From: Candidatus Pacearchaeota archaeon
Lineage (GTDB): Archaea > Nanobdellota > Nanobdellia > Pacearchaeales > GW2011-AR1
Direction of reading: 5' to 3'
DNA length: 64,000 nt
Assembly (NCBI GenBank): GCA_019659125.1
Contig: JAIFVX010000001.1
Span: 502,097-566,096 of the forward strand
Of the stretch, positions 26,477-35,035 are shown one piece after another. A program made the position numbers and the translations under genes. How positions within the stretch are numbered: position 1 is the first letter of the stretch; each line of letters starts with the position of its first letter. Below the pieces are notes generated by a model. It was not told where the DNA came from. It was given only the letters and a program-made list of their open reading frames with translations, and made no database searches.

Positions 26477-26634
26477 AGTAATCTACTTATCTGGCTTTGA
26501 AAACTCATGATCTCTCTCTTTGCGGCCGCAATCTCTTCTGTATCCCGGACCTTTTCCGCTCGTTCAAGTTTTATGAGCGCGTCCTTGATGCCTGTAAGAA
26601 GTTGTGCCAGCAGCGCTATGACCTCTCTTTCCAT
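26473..26634 (-). CDS. Unlisted 53-aa coiled-coil ORF between the ATPase and platform genes
   Basis: Translates as MEREVIALLAQLLTGIKDALIKLERAEKVRDTEEIAAAKREIMSFQSQISRLL. Its stop overlaps the ATG of the next gene (ATGA). Below the ORF-track size cutoff. Confidence 0.45.
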   Translation of the reverse strand: MEREVIALLAQLLTGIKDALIKLERAEKVRDTEEIAAAKREIMSFQSQISRLL

Positions 26635-26666
26635 AATCTCAGAAATCAAGAGTTGTTTAAATATCT

Positions 26667-28196
26667 TTATTCTTCAACGATATTATACTTGTTGAGCACG
26701 TCGACAGGGTTCTTATAATAGTCATTGATGATTTTTCCCACCTCGTCAAAGCCGAACACTTTGTTCTTGTAGAGTTCATAAAGGAGCTTTGACCGTGTCA
26801 GGAACTCTTTCTGGAGCTTTTCTAATGAGATTCCTCTTCGTGCAGCTATCTTCTCAAACACCTTACTCTGCTTCTTAAAGTAAAACACATCCTGGTTAGG
26901 GTTCCATATGAACGGGGTGTTGATGAGCGCAGTCCCATCTCTTTCTACATTCAGGATCTCAACAATCTCCCGCACTCGTCGTGTTTCCTGCTGCCGTGAG
27001 GTGGCATGTGTAGCGATAGCCACGCAATCTAGGGAATTCACGAGCGTCGGTGAAAGATTGATAGGTGGAGTCTGCAATCTTCGTATTAAAGTGTCTACCG
27101 AATCTGCGTGCATGGTGCTCAAGGAAGCGTGTCCCGATGCCATTCCTTGGAAAAGAACGAACGCCTCTTTTCCTCGGACTTCTCCCACAATAAGATAGTC
27201 AGGACTCTGTCTGAAGGAACTTTTCAGCAACGCAAAGAGGTCAACCTCCCCCACTTTTCCAACACCGATAGAAGTTCGTGATACTGCAGGAAGCCAGTTT
27301 TCCCTAGGTAAGTTAATTTCCCGAGTGTCTTCAATTGATACTACTCTCGCTTCAGGAGGAATGAAGAATGCAAGGGCATTGAGTAAGGTTGTCTTTCCTG
27401 AAGCAGTTCCTCCTGCAATAAGGATGCTTGATTTGTATTGGAGCAATATCCAAAAGTAAGCAAGCATTTCCGGGCTCATGGTGTTGAAAGCAATCAATTG
27501 TGTCGGCGTCCAAGGGACTTTAGTGAATTTTCGTATGGTGAAGGTAGGTCCACGTGAAGTGACGTCTTTTGTGTAGGTGGCGTTGACTCTGCTTCCGTCA
27601 GGAAGTGTTCCGTCAAGCAAGGGTTGGGCATAGGAGACATATCTCCCACATCGCTGCGCCAGCTTCTCGACAAAACTTGCAAGCTTTTCCATGTCTTTGA
27701 ATTTTATGTTAGTCCTCATGTTCCTATAAACCCGATGGATAAGGTAGACGGGCGTGTCAATTCCATTGCATTCTATATCTTCAATGAAATAATCTCGAAG
27801 GACGGGATCAATCTCATTCAATCCTATAAAATCCCTGAAAAGGTAATAGAAGAGTTTGTTGTAGGTGTCAGCAGATATCTTGATGTTAAGTTCAGCAATA
27901 AGCAGCCGTGCAGTCTTGTCAATATAATTTGTTGTTGCCTCAATTGTTTTTTCGACAGCGACATTGATGTTGATGACCTCAAGCATCGCTTGCTCAAGCT
28001 TCTCAAGAGATTGCTGCTCGTCATCACGTAAGATGGGCTCCTCAATCTCGTAGACAAGCTCTCCATGCTCGCTGCTCCAGTAGATATGCGCCGATGCATA
28101 GGGAGGAATAAGCATGTAACGGACATTCACTAATTTCTTGTCATCAATCCGAGGCAGTGCAGGGATGAGGGGGTTGAGGTTAAGGGGAGAGAGCAT
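26667..28196 (-). CDS. Type II/IV secretion ATPase (FlaI/ArlI/PilB-VirB11 family)
   Basis: Walker A AGGTASGKTTLLNAL, Walker B DYLIVGEVRG, His-box region ASGHASLSTMHA. A gcTTTAAATAaac box lies upstream. Confidence 0.9.
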   Translation of the reverse strand: MLSPLNLNPLIPALPRIDDKKLVNVRYMLIPPYASAHIYWSSEHGELVYEIEEPILRDDEQQSLEKLEQAMLEVININVAVEKTIEATTNYIDKTARLLIAELNIKISADTYNKLFYYLFRDFIGLNEIDPVLRDYFIEDIECNGIDTPVYLIHRVYRNMRTNIKFKDMEKLASFVEKLAQRCGRYVSYAQPLLDGTLPDGSRVNATYTKDVTSRGPTFTIRKFTKVPWTPTQLIAFNTMSPEMLAYFWILLQYKSSILIAGGTASGKTTLLNALAFFIPPEARVVSIEDTREINLPRENWLPAVSRTSIGVGKVGEVDLFALLKSSFRQSPDYLIVGEVRGKEAFVLFQGMASGHASLSTMHADSVDTLIRRLQTPPINLSPTLVNSLDCVAIATHATSRQQETRRVREIVEILNVERDGTALINTPFIWNPNQDVFYFKKQSKVFEKIAARRGISLEKLQKEFLTRSKLLYELYKNKVFGFDEVGKIINDYYKNPVDVLNKYNIVEE

Positions 28197-28226
28197 GGTG
28201 TGGAAAGTGCTAGAGTTTATTTAAAG

Positions 28227-28772
28227 CTATCCGGATGCTTCGGAAACGCTAACGACCTCCAATCCGTTGACAGTTCCCTTGCTTAAGATGTAGAATTTAT
28301 AGGCAGTCGAAGCAGCGGTAAATTTCTTAAGAGTATCTGCATCATTGTAGGTGATGTTCACATAGGGTTTTCCGCTCGCGGTAGTGTATTTGAGTTTTAG
28401 CGTGACTGAGTACGATGCCTGCTGTTGTTCTGATAAGATGCTTACCCGATTCTTTATCTCTATTCCAGGCTCTGAATAGGGCTTCTTTAATCCTGAGATG
28501 ACCATGCGAATCTCATCAGCTTGGGAGTCAATGAAGAGATCCCCTCGCTTCATGGTAAAATCAACCACTCTTCTGTTTCCAGGAGCGGTAAGCACATCGT
28601 TGACCGTAGTATCAATAGTTGTTAGCGATCCTATTGCCTGCTCAACAACAGACCTGTCTCTCATCTGGGTTAACTTAGGGGTTATAAATCCCAACGCAAG
28701 TCCCATGAGTGAAAGTCCGATGAGGGTGTAGATAACTGTCTCAACCCATACCTGTCCTCTTTTTTTCATCAC
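28227..28772 (-). CDS. Type IV pilin-like protein (bacterial-like Glu+5 N-terminus)
   Basis: MMKKRGQVWVETVIYTLIGLSLMGLAL: Gly, then Q-V-W-V-E with Glu at +5. Confidence 0.6.
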   Translation of the reverse strand: MMKKRGQVWVETVIYTLIGLSLMGLALGFITPKLTQMRDRSVVEQAIGSLTTIDTTVNDVLTAPGNRRVVDFTMKRGDLFIDSQADEIRMVISGLKKPYSEPGIEIKNRVSILSEQQQASYSVTLKLKYTTASGKPYVNITYNDADTLKKFTAASTAYKFYILSKGTVNGLEVVSVSEASG

Positions 28773-28773
28773 A

Positions 28774-29289
28774 CTAAGGAGTAGTGCAGGCTTTTAATTT
28801 TATCGAGTGTGATTGCGAGCATACTTTCCCTCCGCTGACGACGGGATAGATCTCCAAGGACTCATAACCTGCGCTTCCCGAATATGCATAGGTAAGCAGT
28901 TCAGCCGCTTCAGGGACTTTAAGAACACTTGCGCAATCATTTTTCATACCAATGCCTGTGCATGATCCTTGTTGTTCTTTTCGTACATGGATGACATCTG
29001 CAGATCCTTGCTTTAATAAAGCGATGTCAAATCCCTGGATACTTGCAGCGCTTGATGAGTTTGGTTCTGCTCGCACAGAGATATAGTATTTTGATGCCGC
29101 AGAGTCATAGCAGTTGTACCCAAATGACTGATCAAAGGTAAAATAAGTATTGTATGCAATGCACGATGTGCTTCCTGAAAGTGATCCCTTAATCCATGGA
29201 ATAAGAAATGAAGCGATAAGGGAAACAGCGGCAACTGTCAATAACAGAAGCAAGACTGTAGTGACGACATCGCTTAATCCTCGCTTCAT
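28774..29289 (-). CDS. Archaeal type IV pilin-like protein
   Basis: MKRGLSDVVTTVLLLLLTVAAVSLIA (K/R-G-L-S-x-V-V-T-hydrophobic). Confidence 0.6.
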   Translation of the reverse strand: MKRGLSDVVTTVLLLLLTVAAVSLIASFLIPWIKGSLSGSTSCIAYNTYFTFDQSFGYNCYDSAASKYYISVRAEPNSSSAASIQGFDIALLKQGSADVIHVRKEQQGSCTGIGMKNDCASVLKVPEAAELLTYAYSGSAGYESLEIYPVVSGGKVCSQSHSIKLKACTTP

Positions 29290-29744
29290 ACAGTCAGCGG
29301 AACACCATACTGCTCTCCGCAGGTATATGGTCTCTTATTTTCTCCCGACTTTGATTCTCCAAGAAGAATCGGATAGACGATGACATCACCTGAAACATCA
29401 GAGTCTGTGATGACTGCTGACGATGATTCCCCGTCCTTTATCGTATGGGTAAGAGTGGCGACGTTCTTTATGCTTCCGGCGGAGGCATCTTTTTGCCGTA
29501 TCTCAACTCCATATACTGGAACATTCCCTCGGTTCACAAGAAGTATCTCCTTCTGGTTATTGGTGTCAGTTATCTGGGCATCAATGCTCACATCTGCGCA
29601 CGCCCGTTCAACAGGCTCTCCGAATTTCTGGGGAACTTCCTTGATGAAGTTCTTAGCCCATAGGAAAATGATGAGCGCAATCACGAGCGCAAGGGCAATA
29701 AGTAGAGTCGTTGCAACGACCGGTGATAGACCTCTCTTCTTCAT
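29286..29744 (-). CDS. Archaeal type IV pilin (Pilin_N type)
   Basis: MKKRGLSPVVATTLLIALALVIALIIFLW closely matches the archaeal pilin N-terminal consensus (RG-[LV]-SPV[IV]AT). It is the first gene after an agtttttaaag box. Confidence 0.7.
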   Translation of the reverse strand: MKKRGLSPVVATTLLIALALVIALIIFLWAKNFIKEVPQKFGEPVERACADVSIDAQITDTNNQKEILLVNRGNVPVYGVEIRQKDASAGSIKNVATLTHTIKDGESSSAVITDSDVSGDVIVYPILLGESKSGENKRPYTCGEQYGVPLTV

Positions 29745-29779
29745 TTTACTTTCAGTTTCTTGAACTTTAAAAACTTAAT

Positions 29780-30109
29780 CTATTCGCTATTAAGCTGATT
29801 GACTTCCGCCTGTCTCTTCAGCATATCGTACGTCATAACAAGCCAAGAACCTGAAAGTATTTTTGCCATCCGTGCATATTTATCTTCAGCCCCCTCACGG
29901 ACGAGAGTTTCATAGGTAGAGTTAGACATATGCTTTATGTAATCTGATAGGTTAGGGTTAGTGTTACCTATCTCTTCTATCTTTTCAGAGAAATATTTCT
30001 CGAGTTCAATAGATGTCTTTCGCATCTTATAATCCCTCATAGCGACAGAGCAGGTAGCAGAGCTAACAACAGGCAGCCCTTCAGGAGTCAACTTTGATTC
30101 TAATGTCAT
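29780..30109 (-). CDS. Hypothetical protein (109 aa)
   Basis: Clean ORF with a ggTTTATATAgg box about 25 nt upstream. No family recognised. Confidence 0.45.
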   Translation of the reverse strand: MTLESKLTPEGLPVVSSATCSVAMRDYKMRKTSIELEKYFSEKIEEIGNTNPNLSDYIKHMSNSTYETLVREGAEDKYARMAKILSGSWLVMTYDMLKRQAEVNQLNSE

Positions 30110-30140
30110 AAAAATAGACTTGAGCTACCCTATATAAACC

Positions 30141-31091
30141 TTACATTGCCTTGACTTCACTCTTCGTGATGTGTTCAAAGGCAGAATACGCGGCAGTGCA
30201 TCCTTCCGCAACACCGGTGATTGCCTGTTTGAAAGGCTTGTCAGCCACATCACCTGCAGCATACACTCCAGGGACATTGGTCTCTGAGGTCTTGTGGTCA
30301 ATCACTATTTCCCCTTTCTCATTCAGCTTCACTCCTAAGGGTTTCGCGAGGTCTGATAATGCAATGTGCCCTATGGCTATGAACAATCCCTGTAATTCTA
30401 ATTGCTTGCTTCCATTATGCTCCTTGTCCAACACGACAGAACGCATAAGCTTGTCTCCCTTGACTTCTAGTACGTTTGCTTTCGCGATGATCTCTATCTT
30501 CTTGTTTGCCATCACTCTCTGCAGGTTGATAGGTTCTGGTCGTATCTTTTCTCCTCGATAAATGATATACACTTTCTTTGCATGCTCTGCAAGCACCAAA
30601 GCATCTTTTACTGCAGAGTCAGATCCTCCGACCACTCCAACGACCTTGTTCTTGAACAACGGAGCATCACATAATGCACAATAGGCAACTCCCTTATTCT
30701 CAAACTCAAAGCTTCCAGGCACCTCTAACCTTTTCCATTTTGTTCCTGTTGCAAATAAGACTGTCTTACCTGAATAATTCTGTTTTTTTGTCGTGACATG
30801 GAATTTTTTCCCTTCAGCCTTTACAGATTCGACCTTTTCCTGCCGTATGCTTACAAGATCATACGACTGCGCGTGCTTCCTTATAGCTTCAGAGAGCTCT
30901 GTTCCGGTTAATCGTATGAATCCCGGATAGTTTTCCACCACATTCGTAGTAGTTATGACTCCTCCAATAGGCAGCTCAGTCCCATGAGTGGCCCCTAGAA
31001 CAAGCGATTTCAAGCCTAATCTCGCTCCATACATGGCTGCAGACAGTCCGGTAACTCCAGCCCCAACAATAATGAAATCAAATTCTTCCAT
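30141..31091 (-). CDS. trxB: Thioredoxin reductase (start at ATG 31091)
   Basis: FAD motif FDFIIVGAGVTGLSAA, redox CxxC CALCDA, NAD(P)H motif GVVGGSDSAVKDA, C-terminal GVYAAGDV. Confidence 0.9.
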   Translation of the reverse strand: MEEFDFIIVGAGVTGLSAAMYGARLGLKSLVLGATHGTELPIGGVITTTNVVENYPGFIRLTGTELSEAIRKHAQSYDLVSIRQEKVESVKAEGKKFHVTTKKQNYSGKTVLFATGTKWKRLEVPGSFEFENKGVAYCALCDAPLFKNKVVGVVGGSDSAVKDALVLAEHAKKVYIIYRGEKIRPEPINLQRVMANKKIEIIAKANVLEVKGDKLMRSVVLDKEHNGSKQLELQGLFIAIGHIALSDLAKPLGVKLNEKGEIVIDHKTSETNVPGVYAAGDVADKPFKQAITGVAEGCTAAYSAFEHITKSEVKAM

Positions 31092-31141
31092 ATCGCAGTT
31101 ATAAGAGATTATTATATAAATCATTCTATACACATTCACCT
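31092..31141. promoter_or_regulatory. 50-nt divergent promoter region (trxB / ybaK-like) with a palindromic TTATATAA box
   Basis: TTATATAA at 31112-31119 lies 21 nt from ATG 31091 (-) and 23 nt from ATG 31142 (+). Confidence 0.5.
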
Positions 31142-31621
31142 ATGGAAGAGGTATTGAAAAGGTATTTGCAGAAACATGGCATCTCCTATAAGGAATATCA
31201 GCATCCGGCAGTCTTTACCGTAAAGGAATCAGCAAAGCTTAAGATAAACATCCCTGGATTCCATACCAAGAACCTTTTCCTTAAGGATGAATATAATACA
31301 TTCTATCTTGTCTGCATGGATGCCCATAAGCGATTGGATACGAATCGTCTGAAGGAGCAACTGAACGTGAAAAGCCTTGCGTTTGCATCTCCCGAAGAGT
31401 TGAATGATGAGCTGCGTGTAAAGCCAGGAAGCGTTTCCTTCCTTGCGCTTATCCATGCGAAGAAGACAACACTCGTGCTTGACAAGGCGATATGGAATGC
31501 TGATGAAGTTGGATTCCATCCCAATGTCAACACCGAGACTCTCGTACTCTCCCATGCCGAGCTTGAAAAGATCTATGATTCTTTTCCCATCAAAAAGATG
31601 ATCATCCCCCTTCATGAATAG
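31142..31621 (+). CDS. YbaK/ProX-type aminoacyl-tRNA deacylase domain protein
   Basis: HPAVFTVKES...IPGFHTKNLFLKD...FYLVC...KPGSVSFLAL fits the YbaK/EbsC/ProX editing-domain pattern. About 160 aa. Confidence 0.75.
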   Translation: MEEVLKRYLQKHGISYKEYQHPAVFTVKESAKLKINIPGFHTKNLFLKDEYNTFYLVCMDAHKRLDTNRLKEQLNVKSLAFASPEELNDELRVKPGSVSFLALIHAKKTTLVLDKAIWNADEVGFHPNVNTETLVLSHAELEKIYDSFPIKKMIIPLHE

Positions 31622-32345
31622 AAGATATGCAGCTATCCTTGCCATTCTTATTACCTTATTGATTGCTGTCAATGCACATCTTTTTTCTAAATCCTCTCAA
31701 AGGGAAGTAGTGTTGGTCGAAAGGATAATTGATGGGGATACTCTTGAGCTAGAGGATGGGACAATCATACGATTGTTGAATATTAACACTCCTGAGAAGA
31801 ACGAGCCATTTTCTTCCCTCTCAAAGGAATTTCTTCAATCGTTCCTTAATAGGACTGTCGAGATAGAGGTCACAGGAACAGAAAAATACGGTAGGACACT
31901 TGCTCGAGTGTATACTCCAGACTACCTTAATCTTGCACTCGTTGAGCAAGGGATGGCGACAAAGTTCCTTGTCGATGAGTCTGAAAGGAAAAAATTCCTT
32001 GAAGCAGAGGAGAGGGCAATCAAAGAATCACAAGGGATGTGGTCATCATCTCACTATCAGGAATGTATACATGTGCAACTAGATAAGAAGCAGGAAATTG
32101 TGACGCTCTCAAGCTCATGCCCCCTCAATCTTCAAGGTTGGAAGATAAAGGATGAAAGCAGAAAATATTATAAGTTTGAGGCTATTCCTCTTACAACGAT
32201 AAGAATACATTCCGGACATGGAAATAATAACGCGAGCGACATATTCATGGGAAGCGCAACGAATGTCTGGAATGATGACAGGGATACGCTCTACATCTTC
32301 GACAGCGAGGGACATCTAGCCTATCATGAAGCGTATGGTTATTAG
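31614..32345 (+). CDS. Membrane-anchored/secreted staphylococcal-type thermonuclease fused to a lamin-tail domain (LTD)
   Basis: N-terminal TM/signal AAILAILITLLIAV. SNase motif RIIDGDTLELEDGTIIRLLNINTPE...YGRTLARVY. C-terminal LTD pattern EIVTLSSSCPLNLQGWKIKDES...IWNDDRDTLYIFDSEGHL. Confidence 0.8.
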   Translation: MNRRYAAILAILITLLIAVNAHLFSKSSQREVVLVERIIDGDTLELEDGTIIRLLNINTPEKNEPFSSLSKEFLQSFLNRTVEIEVTGTEKYGRTLARVYTPDYLNLALVEQGMATKFLVDESERKKFLEAEERAIKESQGMWSSSHYQECIHVQLDKKQEIVTLSSSCPLNLQGWKIKDESRKYYKFEAIPLTTIRIHSGHGNNNASDIFMGSATNVWNDDRDTLYIFDSEGHLAYHEAYGY

Positions 32346-32901
32346 CATCTTCCTTCTCTTGATGCCTTTGGCATCCGCCATCAATTACACGCTTAGCTTC
32401 GATGATGTTGTTCCCTACAAGGAATCAACCATAACGATCGTGTCATCTGATTCATCTATCAGCGATGTAAAGATATTCATAGAAAGGGATAGCCAAACAC
32501 TTTCAGAGATCTATGATGGATCATGGAAATCCCCATTCCATTATATTGCGAAAGCGTATCCTGAAAGAAAATCATTCAAGATAAGAACTAATTATACAGG
32601 CGCTGCAAATCTCTGTGCACGATTAAGGAAGCCGGCGAAGTCGGCGTTCTCAGAAGTCTGCTATCCTATTACTATTGAAGAGAAGAAGGAAAAGCCTCAA
32701 ATAAATGTTAGTGCAGAAATCAAGGCAGAAGTCAATATCCAGCCCTTGGTAGAGAGTGCGCCTGCAAAGAATGAGACGATCCTATTAAAATCGTCTGCAG
32801 CACTGGTGACGGAAGAGGGAAAGACAGAGAGGACGATGATTGCAGGGTTTGCAGTTGTCTGCGTATCAGTCATCATATTCCTTGCATGGAATAAGCTCTA
32901 G
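32326..32901 (+). CDS. Secreted protein with a C-terminal membrane anchor
   Basis: Signal peptide MVISIFLLLMPLASA. C-terminal TM MIAGFAVVCVSVIIFLAW. Confidence 0.5.
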   Translation: MKRMVISIFLLLMPLASAINYTLSFDDVVPYKESTITIVSSDSSISDVKIFIERDSQTLSEIYDGSWKSPFHYIAKAYPERKSFKIRTNYTGAANLCARLRKPAKSAFSEVCYPITIEEKKEKPQINVSAEIKAEVNIQPLVESAPAKNETILLKSSAALVTEEGKTERTMIAGFAVVCVSVIIFLAWNKL

Positions 32902-32934
32902 TGAAATTTAAAAACACCCTTTCCATGCAAAACT

Positions 32935-33423
32935 ATGGAAAAACTTCATGTCAGCCTCATCATTGAAATCCTTGGAAGGCCTGCCGAGCACGTCAAGGAA
33001 GCATTGAATACCCTCGTGATAAAGCTAGGATCAGAGAAAGGGGTAAAGATACTTGAGAAGACCTATCATGATCCTGTTGCTGTTAAGGATGCAAAAGATC
33101 TCTTTACAGCCTTTGCTGAAGTCGTTGTCGAACTGGATTCCATTATGAATTATTTCGGGATTATCTTTGCGTATCTTCCCGCTCATATAGAGATCATCTC
33201 TCCCGAGAGTACGACACTGAAAAACGTTGAATTGAATGAAGTCGGGCACAGGCTTGTCCAGAGACTTCATGATTATGACGCCATCACAAAGAATGCCCTG
33301 ATGGAAAAGGATTTCTTGGTCCAGAAGCTCAACCAGCTTGCTCCAGGCATGGTAGAGAAGATATTCAACCCTCAAGCAAAGCCAGCCAAGAAAGAAACAA
33401 AGAAGCCTAAGAAAAAGAAATGA
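32935..33423 (+). CDS. Hypothetical cytoplasmic protein with a Lys-rich tail (162 aa)
   Basis: Own aaTTTAAAAAcacc box about 25 nt upstream. C-terminus KPAKKETKKPKKKK. No family recognised. Confidence 0.5.
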   Translation: MEKLHVSLIIEILGRPAEHVKEALNTLVIKLGSEKGVKILEKTYHDPVAVKDAKDLFTAFAEVVVELDSIMNYFGIIFAYLPAHIEIISPESTTLKNVELNEVGHRLVQRLHDYDAITKNALMEKDFLVQKLNQLAPGMVEKIFNPQAKPAKKETKKPKKKK

Positions 33424-34614
33424 TTAGAATTTCTTTCCTAAGATCTTGTCGGTAGCACTTGGAACTTTCACTCTCTTATATTTCAGATAGACGATCAGCA
33501 AGCCAAGAATGACAATACCTGCGATAAGATATCCTATCCATGCCTTGCTTGCTGCAGGCCTCTCTACGCAAATGCCAGAGCAGCACATGCCTTCAACGGT
33601 CTGCTTCAAGCTTCCTGAGCACTCCTGGCTTTCTGTGCATATTCTTCCCCCTGCAATCTCAACGCACCTCAAGAGTGATGAATTGCCAGTAAGGTTATAG
33701 AGCGTCGTGCTTGCCTCACTCATGTTGGAAGTGAATTTAAAACTGAAAGGAAGAAGCACTGACTGGTTGCCATAGGCGAAGGTGATATTTCTTTGCACTA
33801 GTTGAGAGCTCGTCTTCTTCAATGTAACGTTAAAGACACGATGCTCTCCTCCGGAAATCTCTTTTACATCACTCGGAATGATAGCAAAATAGTCCTTGTC
33901 GTAATCAATGGAAAGCGGCGTGCTTATCTCTCCTACATTCACGATTTCGACAGGGTAGGTAGGGAGTGAAGAAACAAAGACAACACTATCGACAAACGTA
34001 GGCTGGACCTCGATGAATGGCTGTCTCTTTGCAGCTCTTCCTATGATGTGTGCTGGAAGGGAATACTCTCCAACTTCAATAAGCGTGAAAAAATCACCTT
34101 CAACATCCTTGATTGAGAAGCTTAAGATATTATCGCCAGGATGTAATACGGTTGTACCAGAAACGGGAAAGTTCAGGTGAATTTCTTTATCAGCATCTTC
34201 ATAGAGGAAAACATGAATCTGGAAATTCTTGTTGGTGTCGATGAATCCAGGTTTGACAGCATAGTCTATCATCCCATCAGTCGTAAAATTCTGCTCATAA
34301 TCTCTTTTTTCTATCTGCCCTCCATTCGTCGCCGTCACACCCTGCAGGGAAAGCGTATAATTTCCAGGAGCCGGAGCGATAGCCCAAACATAGTAATCCT
34401 TGCCAATCCGAGTGATATCATATTCGGGAGCAATAGCAACATGCCCTCGCTTGAATACAACCTGGTCATCGGTTATAGGCTCAAGGATATTTCCCGAGAC
34501 CTTGACGATCATAGTCTCCCCTTGCTGGTATGAATCCTTCATCTCAAAAGTCAATGCATAACATGCAGGCATGAAAAGAAAGGCGAATAGAAGCGCAAGC
34601 ATCAGTTTCTTCAT
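33424..34614 (-). CDS. Surface protein: signal peptide, beta-rich ectodomain, Cys-rich stalk module, TM anchor
   Basis: MKKLMLALLFAFLFMPACYA; CVEIAGGRICTESQECSGSLKQTVEGMCCSGICVE; TM WIGYLIAGIVILGLLIVYL. Confidence 0.65.
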   Translation of the reverse strand: MKKLMLALLFAFLFMPACYALTFEMKDSYQQGETMIVKVSGNILEPITDDQVVFKRGHVAIAPEYDITRIGKDYYVWAIAPAPGNYTLSLQGVTATNGGQIEKRDYEQNFTTDGMIDYAVKPGFIDTNKNFQIHVFLYEDADKEIHLNFPVSGTTVLHPGDNILSFSIKDVEGDFFTLIEVGEYSLPAHIIGRAAKRQPFIEVQPTFVDSVVFVSSLPTYPVEIVNVGEISTPLSIDYDKDYFAIIPSDVKEISGGEHRVFNVTLKKTSSQLVQRNITFAYGNQSVLLPFSFKFTSNMSEASTTLYNLTGNSSLLRCVEIAGGRICTESQECSGSLKQTVEGMCCSGICVERPAASKAWIGYLIAGIVILGLLIVYLKYKRVKVPSATDKILGKKF

Positions 34615-34685
34615 GCCCTGATGTATTTCTACAGTTATATAAATTTAGTGTAAAAGAATAAAAAGCTTCAATTACTCAATAACGA

Positions 34686-34973
34686 ATGGCAGATCAGCTT
34701 CCTCCTCTTAATGAGCTTGTCAATAGCTCCCAGCTTGCGGCAGGATTCTGGGATTCTATTCCTCCAGCAGCAATGGAGAAGGTCTACGCTATCTTCAGTG
34801 TTGCAAAGATAGTCCTCATCATTGTCGGCATCTATTTCCTCATACTCATCATCACAAAGATCTTCAGGCTAAGGGACTCTCACAACTTGAAGATGATCGA
34901 GAAGAATGTAGAGGAGATAAATGAAAAACTCTCACTTCTGGAAAAAAGGAAAAAACCAGCACAAGCAAAATAA
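34686..34973 (+). CDS. Small single-pass membrane protein with a C-terminal coiled-coil segment
   Basis: TM VAKIVLIIVGIYFLILIITKIF. Clean ORF. Confidence 0.5.
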   Translation: MADQLPPLNELVNSSQLAAGFWDSIPPAAMEKVYAIFSVAKIVLIIVGIYFLILIITKIFRLRDSHNLKMIEKNVEEINEKLSLLEKRKKPAQAK

Positions 34974-35035
34974 CTATTCGTAAATCTCCCCTGCGTCGAA
35001 TGTGGATTGTATGTCAAGATCAAAGGTATATTTCA

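Noticed and set aside
31229-31672. A 147-aa minus-strand ORF, plus the 76-aa ORF at 31303..31533.
   Set aside because: Both are antisense to the YbaK/ProX-like gene, which has clear family motifs and a TATA box. They are shadow ORFs.
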